NCBI GenBank assembly: GCA_021817785.1
Contig: JAKAFY010000006.1
Coordinates: forward strand, 2,067 to 66,066
Direction: 5' to 3'
Source of the DNA: a bacterium
GTDB taxonomy: Bacteria > Patescibacteriota > Microgenomatia > UBA10105 > UBA927
Length of the DNA stretch: 64,000 nucleotides
This document shows, piece by piece, positions 27,647 to 37,637 of the stretch. Both the position numbers and the translations under genes were made by a program. How positions within the stretch are numbered: the stretch's first letter is position 1; each line of letters opens with the position of its first letter. The notes beneath the pieces were generated by a model. The model had not been told where the DNA came from. It did no database searches and saw only the letters and a program-made list of their open reading frames with translations.

Positions 27647-27895
27647 CTATCCCAATGTCTGCGGCACCGGATCCCACCCACCTTTATTCCATGGATGGCA
27701 TCTTACTATTCGCCGTACACCAATCCATGATCCCCAGATTATACCATAGCGCTCGATGGCTTGATATGTATACTCGCTGCATGTGGGGCGAAACCTGCAC
27801 GCGCTATCGACCAACCACAACGACTTGAGTATTCCCGTGTCGGGGGAGAGATATTGCTGGTAAAATCGTATAGATCGAAGTACCACGTTTTTCAT
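27647..27895 (-). CDS. yidD: Membrane protein insertion efficiency factor YidD
   Basis: [10 protein letters not shown] and [14 protein letters not shown]. Confidence 0.95.
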   Translation of the reverse strand: MKNVVLRSIRFYQQYLSPDTGILKSLWLVDSACRFRPTCSEYTYQAIERYGIIWGSWIGVRRIVRCHPWNKGGWDPVPQTLG

Positions 27896-27972
27896 ATGAG
27901 AATTATGGTTTTAGAATTATGTATTATGGATTTTTTGACCCCTAATACATACTACCTATCCCCATATTCCAA

Positions 27973-28305
27973 CTAGAGCACACCTGCCTTATCTAACAGG
28001 TCATGTACTATCTTTTGCACCTCTGATAGCGTATCCGGCATTCTTCCCCGTACAAAAAATGCGGCGTCCGTGCCTTTGCGCAAACTGGGCAACAGCAATC
28101 TGATTGATTCACTGATGTGCCTTCGTACGCGGTTTCTTGCCGTTGCCCGTTTGTCGAATTTTATCGGTACGACTATGGCTGCCCGGAATATATCGAGAGA
28201 GGTAGTGTGTGTCTTTACCTCTACGGCCCCCACCACGCTGCGCGTTCCCTGGCGCAACACCGTCCGTAATTCGGGAGAAGGAATTCTATAAGGCTTCGGG
28301 AGCAT
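27973..28305 (-). CDS. rnpA: Ribonuclease P protein component
   Basis: KRATARNRVRR (RNR motif), in the rpmH-rnpA-yidD-yidC order. Confidence 0.92.
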   Translation of the reverse strand: MLPKPYRIPSPELRTVLRQGTRSVVGAVEVKTHTTSLDIFRAAIVVPIKFDKRATARNRVRRHISESIRLLLPSLRKGTDAAFFVRGRMPDTLSEVQKIVHDLLDKAGVL

Positions 28306-28307
28306 GA

Positions 28308-28451
28308 TCAGCGTGAGATCGTCAATTTTTTGCGTCCGGTAAGTCTGCGACGCTTCAAGACTAATCGACCCTTGGCGGTTTTCATCCGTTCACGGAAGCC
28401 GTGCACGCGGATGCGCTTCAATTTCTTTGGCTGGTAGGTGCGTTTCGGCAT
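28308..28451 (-). CDS. rpmH: 50S ribosomal protein L34 (not in the ORF track)
   Basis: Translated by hand as [47 protein letters not shown]. Confidence 0.97.
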   Translation of the reverse strand: MPKRTYQPKKLKRIRVHGFRERMKTAKGRLVLKRRRLTGRKKLTISR

Positions 28452-28478
28452 AGCAACGGATAGTATACCAGAAAATGG

Positions 28479-29780
28479 TTATTTTTTCACCCACTCCTTA
28501 AACTGCTCCCCGCGGTCCGCATAATCGCGGAACAGGTTAAAGCTTGCCGAGGCGGGGGAGAGCAGGCAGATTTTCCCTTTTGGGGTATGCGTTTTTGCCA
28601 GCTTCACGGCTTCCTCCATGGTATGTACGTCATAATACGTAATGTGTGACAGGTGATGTGCGTCTGCCTGTATCACTGCATTCTTTATTTTCTTTCCGGT
28701 GTCAGGAAATAGGATAAGCGTCTGCACCAAACTGGAAAGTAGCCGCTTTCCCAATACGTCGTACGACAATCCGCGGTCAAATCCGCCGGCTATCAATGTT
28801 GCTACATCGGGGCCCAATGCATCCAATGCGTGCACTGCCGCTTCCGGTATGGTAGAGAGCGAATCATTGATATACCGTACGCCGTCATAGTCTCCGACCG
28901 GTTCGAGCCGGTGGGGAAGCGGGGTAAATGTGCGCAGTGCTTCGCCTATGTCAGAATCTGTTACGTTCATGCTGTGCGACACGACGGTTGCAGCGAGTAA
29001 TGAATGCGCGTTTCCCTGTAGCGCAATGGCGGACCGGTCTATGACCGCGCCCTGCAAACTCATTACTACGTTCCCTTCCATCCAGGCGTATGCGCCGTCT
29101 ATTTGTTTCTGACTGGTATACGGACGTTTTTGAGCAAGCGATGTATGGGCTATGTGCGCAAGACGGCTGTTTGACGTATCATAAATTATGATATCTTCCG
29201 CAGTCTGAAATTTCGTGATATTGGCTTTTGCCGCAGCATAGGTTTCGAGGTCAGGATAATAATCCTGGTGTTCCGGCACGATAGGTAGGAGTGCTGCAAT
29301 ATGCGGACTATACCGGATGTCGGTCAATTGATGACTGGACAATTCTGCGACAAAAATGGTGCTCTTCGACGCCCCTTCGAGATGGTCAAGCATGGGAATC
29401 CCTATGTTTCCGACGAGCCGCACATCAGGATAGTGCGCGGATAATATATGAGTGATCAAACTCGCGGTCGTGCTTTTTCCTTTCGTACCCGTGACCCCGA
29501 TTACCATACCCGGCACATGCGAAAAAAAGATATTTGTGGCGCTGGTGACATGTCCGCCCTGGCGTACGAATGCTGCTATTTCCGGTAGATACGGGGAAAC
29601 CCCGGGGCTTCTGATAACCGTATCGTACTCATGGAGCGTTTGCAGATATTGGTCGCCGTCTTTTGCATCGGTAACCCCGATTCGGAGGGAGGGATAGTGC
29701 TTGTGCAGCCACGCTTCAACGCTTTTACCCTCTCTCCCGTATCCTATGATTAATGCCGATTCCCCCTGTATTTCGTTCAT
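28479..29780 (-). CDS. murD: UDP-MurNAc-L-Ala--glutamate ligase (MurD, likely the L-Glu-adding MurD2 type)
   Basis: GYGREG, RSPGV, GVTGTKGKSTT, ELSSHQL, LPHRLE, NDSLST and LLSPASAS. ATGA-coupled to murL. Confidence 0.9.
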   Translation of the reverse strand: MNEIQGESALIIGYGREGKSVEAWLHKHYPSLRIGVTDAKDGDQYLQTLHEYDTVIRSPGVSPYLPEIAAFVRQGGHVTSATNIFFSHVPGMVIGVTGTKGKSTTASLITHILSAHYPDVRLVGNIGIPMLDHLEGASKSTIFVAELSSHQLTDIRYSPHIAALLPIVPEHQDYYPDLETYAAAKANITKFQTAEDIIIYDTSNSRLAHIAHTSLAQKRPYTSQKQIDGAYAWMEGNVVMSLQGAVIDRSAIALQGNAHSLLAATVVSHSMNVTDSDIGEALRTFTPLPHRLEPVGDYDGVRYINDSLSTIPEAAVHALDALGPDVATLIAGGFDRGLSYDVLGKRLLSSLVQTLILFPDTGKKIKNAVIQADAHHLSHITYYDVHTMEEAVKLAKTHTPKGKICLLSPASASFNLFRDYADRGEQFKEWVKK

Positions 29781-31198
29781 GGCAATGAAATGTTCTCCCA
29801 TGCATTCCGAAGAATTGCCGTGTGTTCCGGCGGCAGATTATACGTGCCTGCCCAAGTCATAATAATGTTCTCTTTGAGGTGGGCGACATCCGCCGGAGTC
29901 AAACGAAGGTCGCTTTTTATTTTAAGTAGTCCCTCCGGTACTTCCATCTGGTGCTGTATATACGTTTCGACGCTGAGGTAGACTGCCAGCTTTGCTTCGT
30001 CGCGGGTGCCCACACATTCAAATGGCTTTACTGGGGTAAGTCCCACGAGTTCACTCACATACTGCATAATAACCGGGTCGGTAAAATAATCCCGACCGAA
30101 TATGCGTAGCATGTCCTGATATGCCAAAAATGGAAACAGGATAAGATAGGTGAATGCGCATTTCGGACACGCGCCGCACCAAACACCGGTCGCACTTCCC
30201 GCATTACAGCTCCGGAATGATTGATAATATGCAGGAAATGCTGCGAACAACATGCCGATCTGGACATCATTGAGCGGCCGCAGAAAACTGAAATACGACG
30301 GCGAGGATGGAAGGAACGTTCCGCTATATGTCCGGAACTGCTGTTCGAACCGGAAACTTTTCGAATACTGATGATTGATTTCCATCCCGTGGAATATCAC
30401 GTTCCCTTCATTGGCGCTTTGTTCGTTCGACACTATCACGTTTTCATTGCCGTTCAGACGTCCTACCAGTACTCCCAAAAATGCGAGGTATGCGGAAAAG
30501 GGGGTGTGCCCGTTAAGATACCCTGCGGCATTAAGCTCCAATAATTTCGGATCAATCGTGCGCCTGACAATAATCGAATCCGAAAGACCCGCTGTGCGTA
30601 TGGTAGCAAGCGCTGCCGCCGTGGGGTTGAGAACCATAGTTTGGAGCGTCCTGTCGCTCTGTTTTAACATTCCCAGCGTTACCGCGCTATCTTTTCCGCC
30701 ACCGACCAATATTAGGTCGGAGGGGGTTGTATTAGGTATTACGGAAACATTATTTAATGTATCTGTAAGTCGATGCGAATCAGTCGAATCGTTTGCGATC
30801 TCAGCGCGGTATGCCGGAATAATTTTCAAAAAATCCGTTTGGGTGAAATCAATGTTGTTTCGGTAAAAAAATTCGCCGAGTCCGTGAATAAACAGGTCAT
30901 ACCAAAACCGGAGCTGCTCTTCGGAAAGCGGTCCTGCCTCGACCACAATCTCTCTGGGGCACGCCGCCTTCCAATAGCTTATCGCCTCTACTAATCCTAC
31001 ATTAAATATATATGGGGCAAGCGCGGATGTGTCTATATTTCCGGTATGGGGGATCGTGACGGTCGGGTGAAACGTGATGTCCGGTTCCAAACGAAAGTCG
31101 TATGTCACGACGATTGTATTGTCGCGGACTGTGAGATCGTATGATGTATAGACAAGCCGCGGATGTTTCAGACGCAACTGTTCGAAGGTCATCTTCAT
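29777..31198 (-). CDS. murL: UDP-MurNAc-L-Ala-L-Glu epimerase MurL
   Basis: SYWKAACP, GLGEFFYRN, GGGKDS, NGHTPFSA, SNEQSA, NHQYSKS, FRSCN and WCGACPKC. Adjacent to murD. Confidence 0.85.
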   Translation of the reverse strand: MKMTFEQLRLKHPRLVYTSYDLTVRDNTIVVTYDFRLEPDITFHPTVTIPHTGNIDTSALAPYIFNVGLVEAISYWKAACPREIVVEAGPLSEEQLRFWYDLFIHGLGEFFYRNNIDFTQTDFLKIIPAYRAEIANDSTDSHRLTDTLNNVSVIPNTTPSDLILVGGGKDSAVTLGMLKQSDRTLQTMVLNPTAAALATIRTAGLSDSIIVRRTIDPKLLELNAAGYLNGHTPFSAYLAFLGVLVGRLNGNENVIVSNEQSANEGNVIFHGMEINHQYSKSFRFEQQFRTYSGTFLPSSPSYFSFLRPLNDVQIGMLFAAFPAYYQSFRSCNAGSATGVWCGACPKCAFTYLILFPFLAYQDMLRIFGRDYFTDPVIMQYVSELVGLTPVKPFECVGTRDEAKLAVYLSVETYIQHQMEVPEGLLKIKSDLRLTPADVAHLKENIIMTWAGTYNLPPEHTAILRNAWENISLP

Positions 31199-31219
31199 AT
31201 TGTATCAAGGGGATAGTAT

Positions 31220-31630
31220 CATGAATCAAGGGAAAATTACGCTTTCACCATCAATTTTGATTTTTTGATTAATCCATTGAGAATTTTATTTACGGAAACA
31301 GATTTAGTCGCAATCGCCATAAATTCCTCAGTAGTTATATATCCAACATCACGTGATATAAGCAATTGATTTTGTAGTTCAGTCACAGAACCCAACGACA
31401 CTGCGTAAAATTGCAGCTTCTCTTTCCAAGAATTCCGACTAAATCCTTCCGCTATATTTGAAGTAATAGATACCGCACATCTACGCATCTGACTGGTAAT
31501 ACCAAAAAGCTCATCCTTCGGGAAGCCTCGAATTAATTTATAAACGGATAAGACAAGTTGATGTCCCTCTTGCCAAGCAAATAATTGTGTAAATGAAGTA
31601 ATTTTTTCTGTTGTATTCCCTTGATTCATG
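31220..31630. repeat. Perfect 15-bp inverted repeat bracketing the four-helix-bundle gene
   Basis: CATGAATCAAGGGAA at 31220-31234 and its reverse complement TTCCCTTGATTCATG at 31616-31630. Confidence 0.8.
31237..31629 (-). CDS. Four helix bundle protein (23S rRNA IVS protein / bAvd-like family)
   Basis: FTQLFAWQ, FPKDELFGITSQMRRCAVSITSNIAEG and GSVTELQNQL. The start may be 31665. Confidence 0.92.
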   Translation of the reverse strand: MNQGNTTEKITSFTQLFAWQEGHQLVLSVYKLIRGFPKDELFGITSQMRRCAVSITSNIAEGFSRNSWKEKLQFYAVSLGSVTELQNQLLISRDVGYITTEEFMAIATKSVSVNKILNGLIKKSKLMVKA

Positions 31631-31654
31631 CTTCTAGTTCCATGATTCTTCCCT

Positions 31655-33106
31655 TCACGGGGCAACTTCTGACCACGTAATCGGTAACTCCTGCATCGTT
31701 TCCGGCATGGTCAGCAGGAGTTGGGGATTATATTCAAATAGTTCCGCGGAGCTTCCCGCGTTGCCGCCAAAGGTATCCAGATCCCGGCTCAGGGTAAAGT
31801 TGTCCGCGATAAACATGCCTTTCCCGACAAATCTGGCTGCAGCAGCCGTCGTACTGGTCCCGGTATTAAATGTCCCGGTCGTAGTCGCATTGGATGCAAT
31901 ATAGACGCCCTCCACAACCGGGGCCGTGGACGCTGCCGTGGTTCCCACCGTAGGATCGACCGTAATATTGCCATTGACGATAAACGCCACAAATCCCGTG
32001 CTGTTTGGCACGATATTTATCTTCCCGCCGATTGTCAGGTTGCCGTTAACTAAAAACACGATATTTTCTCCCGCCCCTACAGACCAGTCGCCGGAGGTGG
32101 TCATATCGCCGGTAATATAGTAGGGGGTAGCTCTGCTTGCCGGCTTGGTCACCCCAAGGAGATTTGGAAATAACGCATTATCCGTTGCCGTGGGTGCGCT
32201 GAACCGGTGGTAAAAAAGGTCGTAATAATTGACGGTTGGCCGTGTCGCATTTGCCAACCAGTTTTTACTCGATACCAGCGTGCCCCCGTTGGAAAACGGG
32301 TCGCTGTCAAAGTCGTAGCTCGTGCCATAGGTGGCTACCCCCGGATACCCGCTGGCACCCACGTCGTTAAATACCCGGGGCGAGACCGCCGGGATATACG
32401 AACGGAGCGTGCCCGAGGCGTATGCATCGCCGCCCTGTGTCTGCACCCACGCCGTCCCCTTGGTATAGCCGATTTCCCATTTTATGGTGTCTCCGCCATT
32501 TGCTACTGCCGAATATCCTAAACCGACCAGTGTCCCGTTTTTATATTCACACGGACTGGAAACTACCCAGTTTGCACTCGGTGCTGTTGCCGTCAACGTG
32601 TATGATCCTGGTGTTACGTTAGAAAAGGTGAGAAGCGTCGCTCCGCTTTGCGTTTGCGGGGCAGGGGGATTCACGGTAAATCCGAAAATAGTTCCGGAGA
32701 CGCCGGTGCCCGCAAGATATGCGTTATGAATTGCTGTACACGAAGTATCCGACGGCGTCACCTGGACCGCGACAGCCTCAAGCGTTGCGGGTATTGCCGG
32801 CGTCGGCGTTGCAGTCGGTGGGGGAGGAGGAGGGGGACCGCCACCGGCACCAGTTGGCGCGGGACATCCGCCAGTATAACACGTGCCCAGGTTATCACAA
32901 ACCGTACACCTTGTTCCATCAGGCCAAAGCCAATAACAACATGTGGTTACCACCGTGGTGGATGTACAGGGATAACCAGGAACACAGGTATAATTTGTAT
33001 AACTACACGTCGTCGAATATTGACTCGAAAGACAGGCAGAAGCCTGCGGCACCCACACAAAACATGCCCCAAGAATAGCTATAAGGGTAACTAGAATAAT
33101 CTTCAT
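31655..33106 (-). CDS. Secreted protein with Cys-rich N-domain, poly-Pro linker and Gly/Thr-rich beta-rich body
   Basis: Signal peptide, about 11 Cys in the first 80 aa, PPPPPPPTATPTP and repeated VFLVNGNLTI/AFIVNGNITV strands. Confidence 0.7.
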   Translation of the reverse strand: MKIILVTLIAILGACFVWVPQASACLSSQYSTTCSYTNYTCVPGYPCTSTTVVTTCCYWLWPDGTRCTVCDNLGTCYTGGCPAPTGAGGGPPPPPPPTATPTPAIPATLEAVAVQVTPSDTSCTAIHNAYLAGTGVSGTIFGFTVNPPAPQTQSGATLLTFSNVTPGSYTLTATAPSANWVVSSPCEYKNGTLVGLGYSAVANGGDTIKWEIGYTKGTAWVQTQGGDAYASGTLRSYIPAVSPRVFNDVGASGYPGVATYGTSYDFDSDPFSNGGTLVSSKNWLANATRPTVNYYDLFYHRFSAPTATDNALFPNLLGVTKPASRATPYYITGDMTTSGDWSVGAGENIVFLVNGNLTIGGKINIVPNSTGFVAFIVNGNITVDPTVGTTAASTAPVVEGVYIASNATTTGTFNTGTSTTAAAARFVGKGMFIADNFTLSRDLDTFGGNAGSSAELFEYNPQLLLTMPETMQELPITWSEVAP

Positions 33107-33107
33107 A

Positions 33108-33773
33108 TTATTTAACCTCTATTCGAAATGGCCACGCAAATATACCGTCATATAGATTGTTTTGTACGTCATTTTTTATACTAAGCAATCCATTCTCATT
33201 AGGCAATCCATTCACAAATCCTATTGCATATCTTAAGGTATATAAAGCCGTTAACAAATACGCATTTTCTAATGAATATCTGGTCGCGATCGAATTTTTC
33301 TTTAACTCATCAAAATTAATAGACACCCGTACCAGCAGCGTGTCAGCGTTAACTCTATACTCGCCTTTTCCCAAAAGAGCGGTGTCACTCGATACCACAC
33401 TTAACGGATTATCAACCGTGGGAACGAGGGAAAATATAATTTTGGAGATAGAGTAATGTTGTTGGAGTCCTGGAAAACCCCGATATGTTTTAGGATCTAC
33501 AATAATTTGATTATTAAATAATCCTAATTTAGCCATCATATAATCTAAATAGGTGGTATTGACGATCTTGAGCGAGTAACCCGGCACTTCATTAGTTACG
33601 CTATATCTAGCGTTTGCTATGCCATCTTGTGGTGTTTGTAAAAGAGTTGGAAATAATTGTTGTATCCAGGGGCTACGGAAAAAAACCAATGCAATAGGCG
33701 TAAACAACAACGCTATAACACTTATTCCCATACTAACCCGCTTTAGGCGTGATAGTGACATAAATATTCCCAC
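33108..33773 (-). CDS. Hypothetical membrane-anchored protein
   Basis: AT-rich ORF with an N-terminal TM segment. The stop abuts the next start. Confidence 0.65.
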   Translation of the reverse strand: MGIFMSLSRLKRVSMGISVIALLFTPIALVFFRSPWIQQLFPTLLQTPQDGIANARYSVTNEVPGYSLKIVNTTYLDYMMAKLGLFNNQIIVDPKTYRGFPGLQQHYSISKIIFSLVPTVDNPLSVVSSDTALLGKGEYRVNADTLLVRVSINFDELKKNSIATRYSLENAYLLTALYTLRYAIGFVNGLPNENGLLSIKNDVQNNLYDGIFAWPFRIEVK

Positions 33774-33845
33774 AAATCAGCGTACGGGAAATTAACGAAA
33801 AATACAAGGTGGTTTATTTAACAATATAAAAACTCGTGTTTAGTA

Positions 33846-35837
33846 TTAAGGTCTAATAATTCTCACGTAGGGGGATGCTCCCGGAGTTTGACTTTTCGTT
33901 GCCGCAGTAACCCAAGGCGAGGGGTCTGTTGGAAAATTCCACATGTTTGCTTTAGTTAACACAGAATTCTCAACGATCGTTCCTAACGAATTATATATAC
34001 CATTTATAGTTGTGTTTGGGAGAGAAGGATCTTTTACTGCAGAAATGACGATCAAATTTCCTTTTTGATCCGTTGTTGCCGTCCAACGATACACAACACC
34101 ATCGTATTCTGTCTCCCAATAATTTGGGTGGGAAGCTGGATTAGCGTCTTCCCAATTCACTTCATAATATTTATATCCGACTTCGCGACTCGGTTTCCAA
34201 AAATGAGTGACGCCATCGGGTGTTGTAAAATTGATAACTACTGATCCGTCTCCATTCTTTATTCCAGTCAAGAAGCTCTTCCATTCATCAACACTTATTT
34301 TGCGCTGATCTTTTTGATAAAGTCGAGCTGCTAAACGCGTTTCAAAAAATGAAGTAAATGCATTTGATTTTGATTGCCATGTTGTGTAGATATTCGGCTC
34401 ATATGGATGTGTCAAGTTTATCCCACTCACACCAACGGGCTTATAATAATAAAATGGCACCATATTAGGATAACCATATATATCAAGTTCGCTAGCAACA
34501 ATTGGAATCCCTCCATTCAAACTACCTTCTGGCGTTCCTGATGTCACCCATTGATTTACATCCGGTGAAAATAATTGTTTTTCTCCGTCTACAATTTGCA
34601 TCTTCCATCCTGTTTCCGGATCAGTAGATTCGGTTGCCGTCGGTTCAACGCTCGGCACAACTGGCGCTTGTGTCGCGGGTTCGGCAGGTGCCGTCGTTGT
34701 AGCATATGGCTTCAAATCCTGTACGTTTAAAACGTCAAGGAGAGGCAACACCGAACCCATGAGGCCGTCAGGAAGCGTGTTCGTAGAGGTGTCTACAGAT
34801 ACGTTAGCGTTCAACAAAAATGGACCTTGTGCATCTCCTATATTCAGACCGGTAACATGTATCTTTCCGTCGGCACTCACATCATAGCTGGGTGCATTGG
34901 ACAAATCCATTGCATTTTGTGTAAGCGGCCATAATTTCCCGTATTTCTGGGCAGAACCGGCATCATTTTCCGGCGAAACGACAAATGCTAGATTGGATTG
35001 GGGGACGGCAAGCACAGTGACGTCACCCTGAAATGCTTTCAGCCCGTTTCCTTTGGGGATAGACAGCGCTGCCCGGCACATTTGCCAGGTTTCGAGTTTT
35101 TTAGCTCCCTGCATCACTTCTTCATATACAGGAAGTGTAGATAGGGTGGCTGACGTTAACGGCGTACAATCGGCATTGGTGAGCGAGGCGCCGCTCCATG
35201 TAAGACCATTACTGGTAAATGTGAAGCTTTTTCCTTGTGTATTAACAAAATTTTCCACATCGGTAATACTTGCTTTCCCGATCTCAATAGACGGAGCTGT
35301 GGTTGGGTTGATTGTGTATGAACCTATGTCAACCGGGGCGGGAGAACCCTCTGTTGGACGAACCCCTGCAAGAGTTGGTATAGCGGTGGGAACAGTGTTG
35401 CACGCCAACACTATGCTTGTCAGCGCGGCGAGAGTTATACCCGCCCTCAACCATTTTTTATTTAGAGAGGGGAGACCAAGAAATATCAGCCCCATCATAT
35501 TTGCAGTTTCGGCTGTAGGAAGTTTATTACTGCGTTCTGCTCTCGATGGAAATCCTTCCTTAAGGCGTCCGAGTGAGCTTCTGTGATAAGCAAGGTTATC
35601 AAAACTTGAGGCGGGGATTCTTATCCTACTTTCTCCATGCTTTATTTCAACAGTTTTTTGCTGTAAAAAACTTCTTGGTCGCAAATAATCGGGAACCTGC
35701 TGTGCATTTCCAGGCAAATTCGCGGCATGCTTCTGCGCGTTGTGCAAAATTGCATCGCCCCCTGCAGCGATCCCTGTGATAGCTAGTACAGTCGCTAACG
35801 CTCCGCGTCGCGTAATTTTCCCAATTTCTGGATTCAT
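33846..35837 (-). CDS. Large hypothetical exported/lipoprotein-like protein
   Basis: N-terminal ITRRGAL plus hydrophobic stretch, an internal lipobox-like SIVLAC, and Pro/Thr linkers. Confidence 0.65.
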   Translation of the reverse strand: MNPEIGKITRRGALATVLAITGIAAGGDAILHNAQKHAANLPGNAQQVPDYLRPRSFLQQKTVEIKHGESRIRIPASSFDNLAYHRSSLGRLKEGFPSRAERSNKLPTAETANMMGLIFLGLPSLNKKWLRAGITLAALTSIVLACNTVPTAIPTLAGVRPTEGSPAPVDIGSYTINPTTAPSIEIGKASITDVENFVNTQGKSFTFTSNGLTWSGASLTNADCTPLTSATLSTLPVYEEVMQGAKKLETWQMCRAALSIPKGNGLKAFQGDVTVLAVPQSNLAFVVSPENDAGSAQKYGKLWPLTQNAMDLSNAPSYDVSADGKIHVTGLNIGDAQGPFLLNANVSVDTSTNTLPDGLMGSVLPLLDVLNVQDLKPYATTTAPAEPATQAPVVPSVEPTATESTDPETGWKMQIVDGEKQLFSPDVNQWVTSGTPEGSLNGGIPIVASELDIYGYPNMVPFYYYKPVGVSGINLTHPYEPNIYTTWQSKSNAFTSFFETRLAARLYQKDQRKISVDEWKSFLTGIKNGDGSVVINFTTPDGVTHFWKPSREVGYKYYEVNWEDANPASHPNYWETEYDGVVYRWTATTDQKGNLIVISAVKDPSLPNTTINGIYNSLGTIVENSVLTKANMWNFPTDPSPWVTAATKSQTPGASPYVRIIRP

Positions 35838-36126
35838 AACTAACCTATAGTATCACTATGACGGTATTGTGTCAAATTTCGTACACTTCAATGATATCCT
35901 ACAAAAATCCCGACTCGAGTCGGGAGGGTCAGAGCACGCGTTTCTGACTAATCGTCAGAATATTTTGCTGTATGGTATCGCACATCATGTACTCAGTATA
36001 CGCACCGTGTGTATATGGCTGTCAAGTGGACAGATCTTTCAACAAACACAACTCATAGTGGAGAATGTAACGCAGAAATTCGCATATCAAACTACGTTCA
36101 TACGATGATATCGTATAATACGGGAC

Positions 36127-36897
36127 ATGAAACAACGCGACGTATATCATTTCTGGGAACTGTTGTGGGAGATGACCGAAAAAGAACTCCGTGCGCGATA
36201 CAAGCACACAGTATTCGGCTTCCTCTGGCTGGTTGCCAACCCGCTTCTGCAAATGATGGTCATAGGATTTATATTTACCTTTCTTATGAAGGAGCCGGTC
36301 AAACATTATTATTATTACTTATTCTTGGGGCTTCTGGTGTGGAACTTTTTCTCGACTTCCTTGCTCAAAGCTACACCCTCGGTCGTATTTGAACGATCGC
36401 TTATTAAAAAAGCATTTTTTCCGCGCGCAGTCATACCAACCTCGATTGTATTATCCAGCTTTGTCCATTTTATCATCGCATTCATGCTGCTTCTTATCCC
36501 GACCTATTTTCTTCACACGTTTTCTGCCGTAACCATACCCTATACGCTCTGTGCGCTTGTCCTACTCATCACATTTACCACCACCCTAAGTCTTCTCACA
36601 TGCGCGCTCAATGTCCGTTTCCGTGATATAAATTTCTTTACGCAGGCACTTCTCATTCTCTGGTTTTATGCCACACCGATTGTGTACTCATTCAATCAGA
36701 TTCCGCGGAATTTATTGTGGGTATGGCGGTTTAACCCCCTTACGTCGGTGCTGCAGCTACTCCAGCACGCATTGTTAGGAGCTCCCGCGCCCGGGCCGGC
36801 AATGCTCATAAGCAACAGTTTGGTCATCCTTTGTATCGCTCTCGTTGGCATACGCACATTCCAATCGGAAAGCAAAACATTTGATGACTGGTTATAG
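36127..36897 (+). CDS. wzm: ABC-2 polysaccharide exporter permease (Wzm/TagG) 1
   Basis: ELRARYKHTVFGFLW..NPL, FRDINF, FYATPIVY and NPLT. Confidence 0.92.
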   Translation: MKQRDVYHFWELLWEMTEKELRARYKHTVFGFLWLVANPLLQMMVIGFIFTFLMKEPVKHYYYYLFLGLLVWNFFSTSLLKATPSVVFERSLIKKAFFPRAVIPTSIVLSSFVHFIIAFMLLLIPTYFLHTFSAVTIPYTLCALVLLITFTTTLSLLTCALNVRFRDINFFTQALLILWFYATPIVYSFNQIPRNLLWVWRFNPLTSVLQLLQHALLGAPAPGPAMLISNSLVILCIALVGIRTFQSESKTFDDWL

Positions 36898-36917
36898 AAC
36901 GCCTTTTTTTAATTATT

Positions 36918-37637
36918 ATGACCACACCTATCGCAATCCGGCTTTCCCACATTTCCAAAAAATACGAAATTCATCATGAAAAGCCTACGCTTGTGGAAAA
37001 ATTCGTGCGTGGGAAAAACGAAACATTTTGGGCGCTTCAGGATATCAACCTGACTATCAAAAGAGGGGAACGGGTGGGGATCATCGGGCCAAACGGCAGC
37101 GGAAAAACAACGTTGCTGAAAATCATCGCCGGTATCACGGAGGCCACAGCCGGCACCACCCAAACACGCGGGAAAATAGTTTCGCTTATTGATCTGGGCG
37201 CCGGGTTCCACCCCGATCTTACCGGCGTCCAGAATATATATCTCAATGGCATGATATTGGGCCTGAAAAAGCAGTATATAGACCGTCAGTTTGATGATAT
37301 CGTTTCGTTCGCGGATATCCGGCAGTTTATCGACACCCCATTATTTACCTATTCAGATGGCATGAAGCTCCGACTTGGGTTCGCCATTGCCATCCATGCC
37401 GATCCCAAAATACTCATTCTCGATGAGAATATCGGCGTGGGGGATAACGATTTTCAGATTAAATCCGAACGGAAAATCCGTGAGCTCGTCCGGGGGGGAG
37501 TCACCGTGCTCATCGTCTCACAAATTGTGCCGTTTTTGGCGCACAACTGCTCCAGAATACTGTTTATGAAATCAGGCCGCATCGTACGGGATGGAGAATT
37601 GGACATTCTGAAACAATACCAACAAGGACGTATCTAG
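36918..37637 (+). CDS. wzt: ABC polysaccharide exporter ATPase (Wzt/TagH) 1, no C-terminal carbohydrate-binding domain
   Basis: GPNGSGKTT, YSDGMKLRLGF and ILILDE. The H-loop reads VSQ. Confidence 0.92.
   Translation: MTTPIAIRLSHISKKYEIHHEKPTLVEKFVRGKNETFWALQDINLTIKRGERVGIIGPNGSGKTTLLKIIAGITEATAGTTQTRGKIVSLIDLGAGFHPDLTGVQNIYLNGMILGLKKQYIDRQFDDIVSFADIRQFIDTPLFTYSDGMKLRLGFAIAIHADPKILILDENIGVGDNDFQIKSERKIRELVRGGVTVLIVSQIVPFLAHNCSRILFMKSGRIVRDGELDILKQYQQGRI

Noticed and set aside
26231-27960. CRISPR array
   Set aside because: The repeats are degenerate 7-mers without unique spacers, and there are no cas genes.
28308-28480. oriC next to rpmH
   Set aside because: No dnaA and no DnaA-box cluster. 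The gap to murD is under 30 nt.
31237-31629. Diversity-generating retroelement (Avd-like gene)
   Set aside because: No reverse transcriptase and no TR/VR repeat pair is visible in the window.
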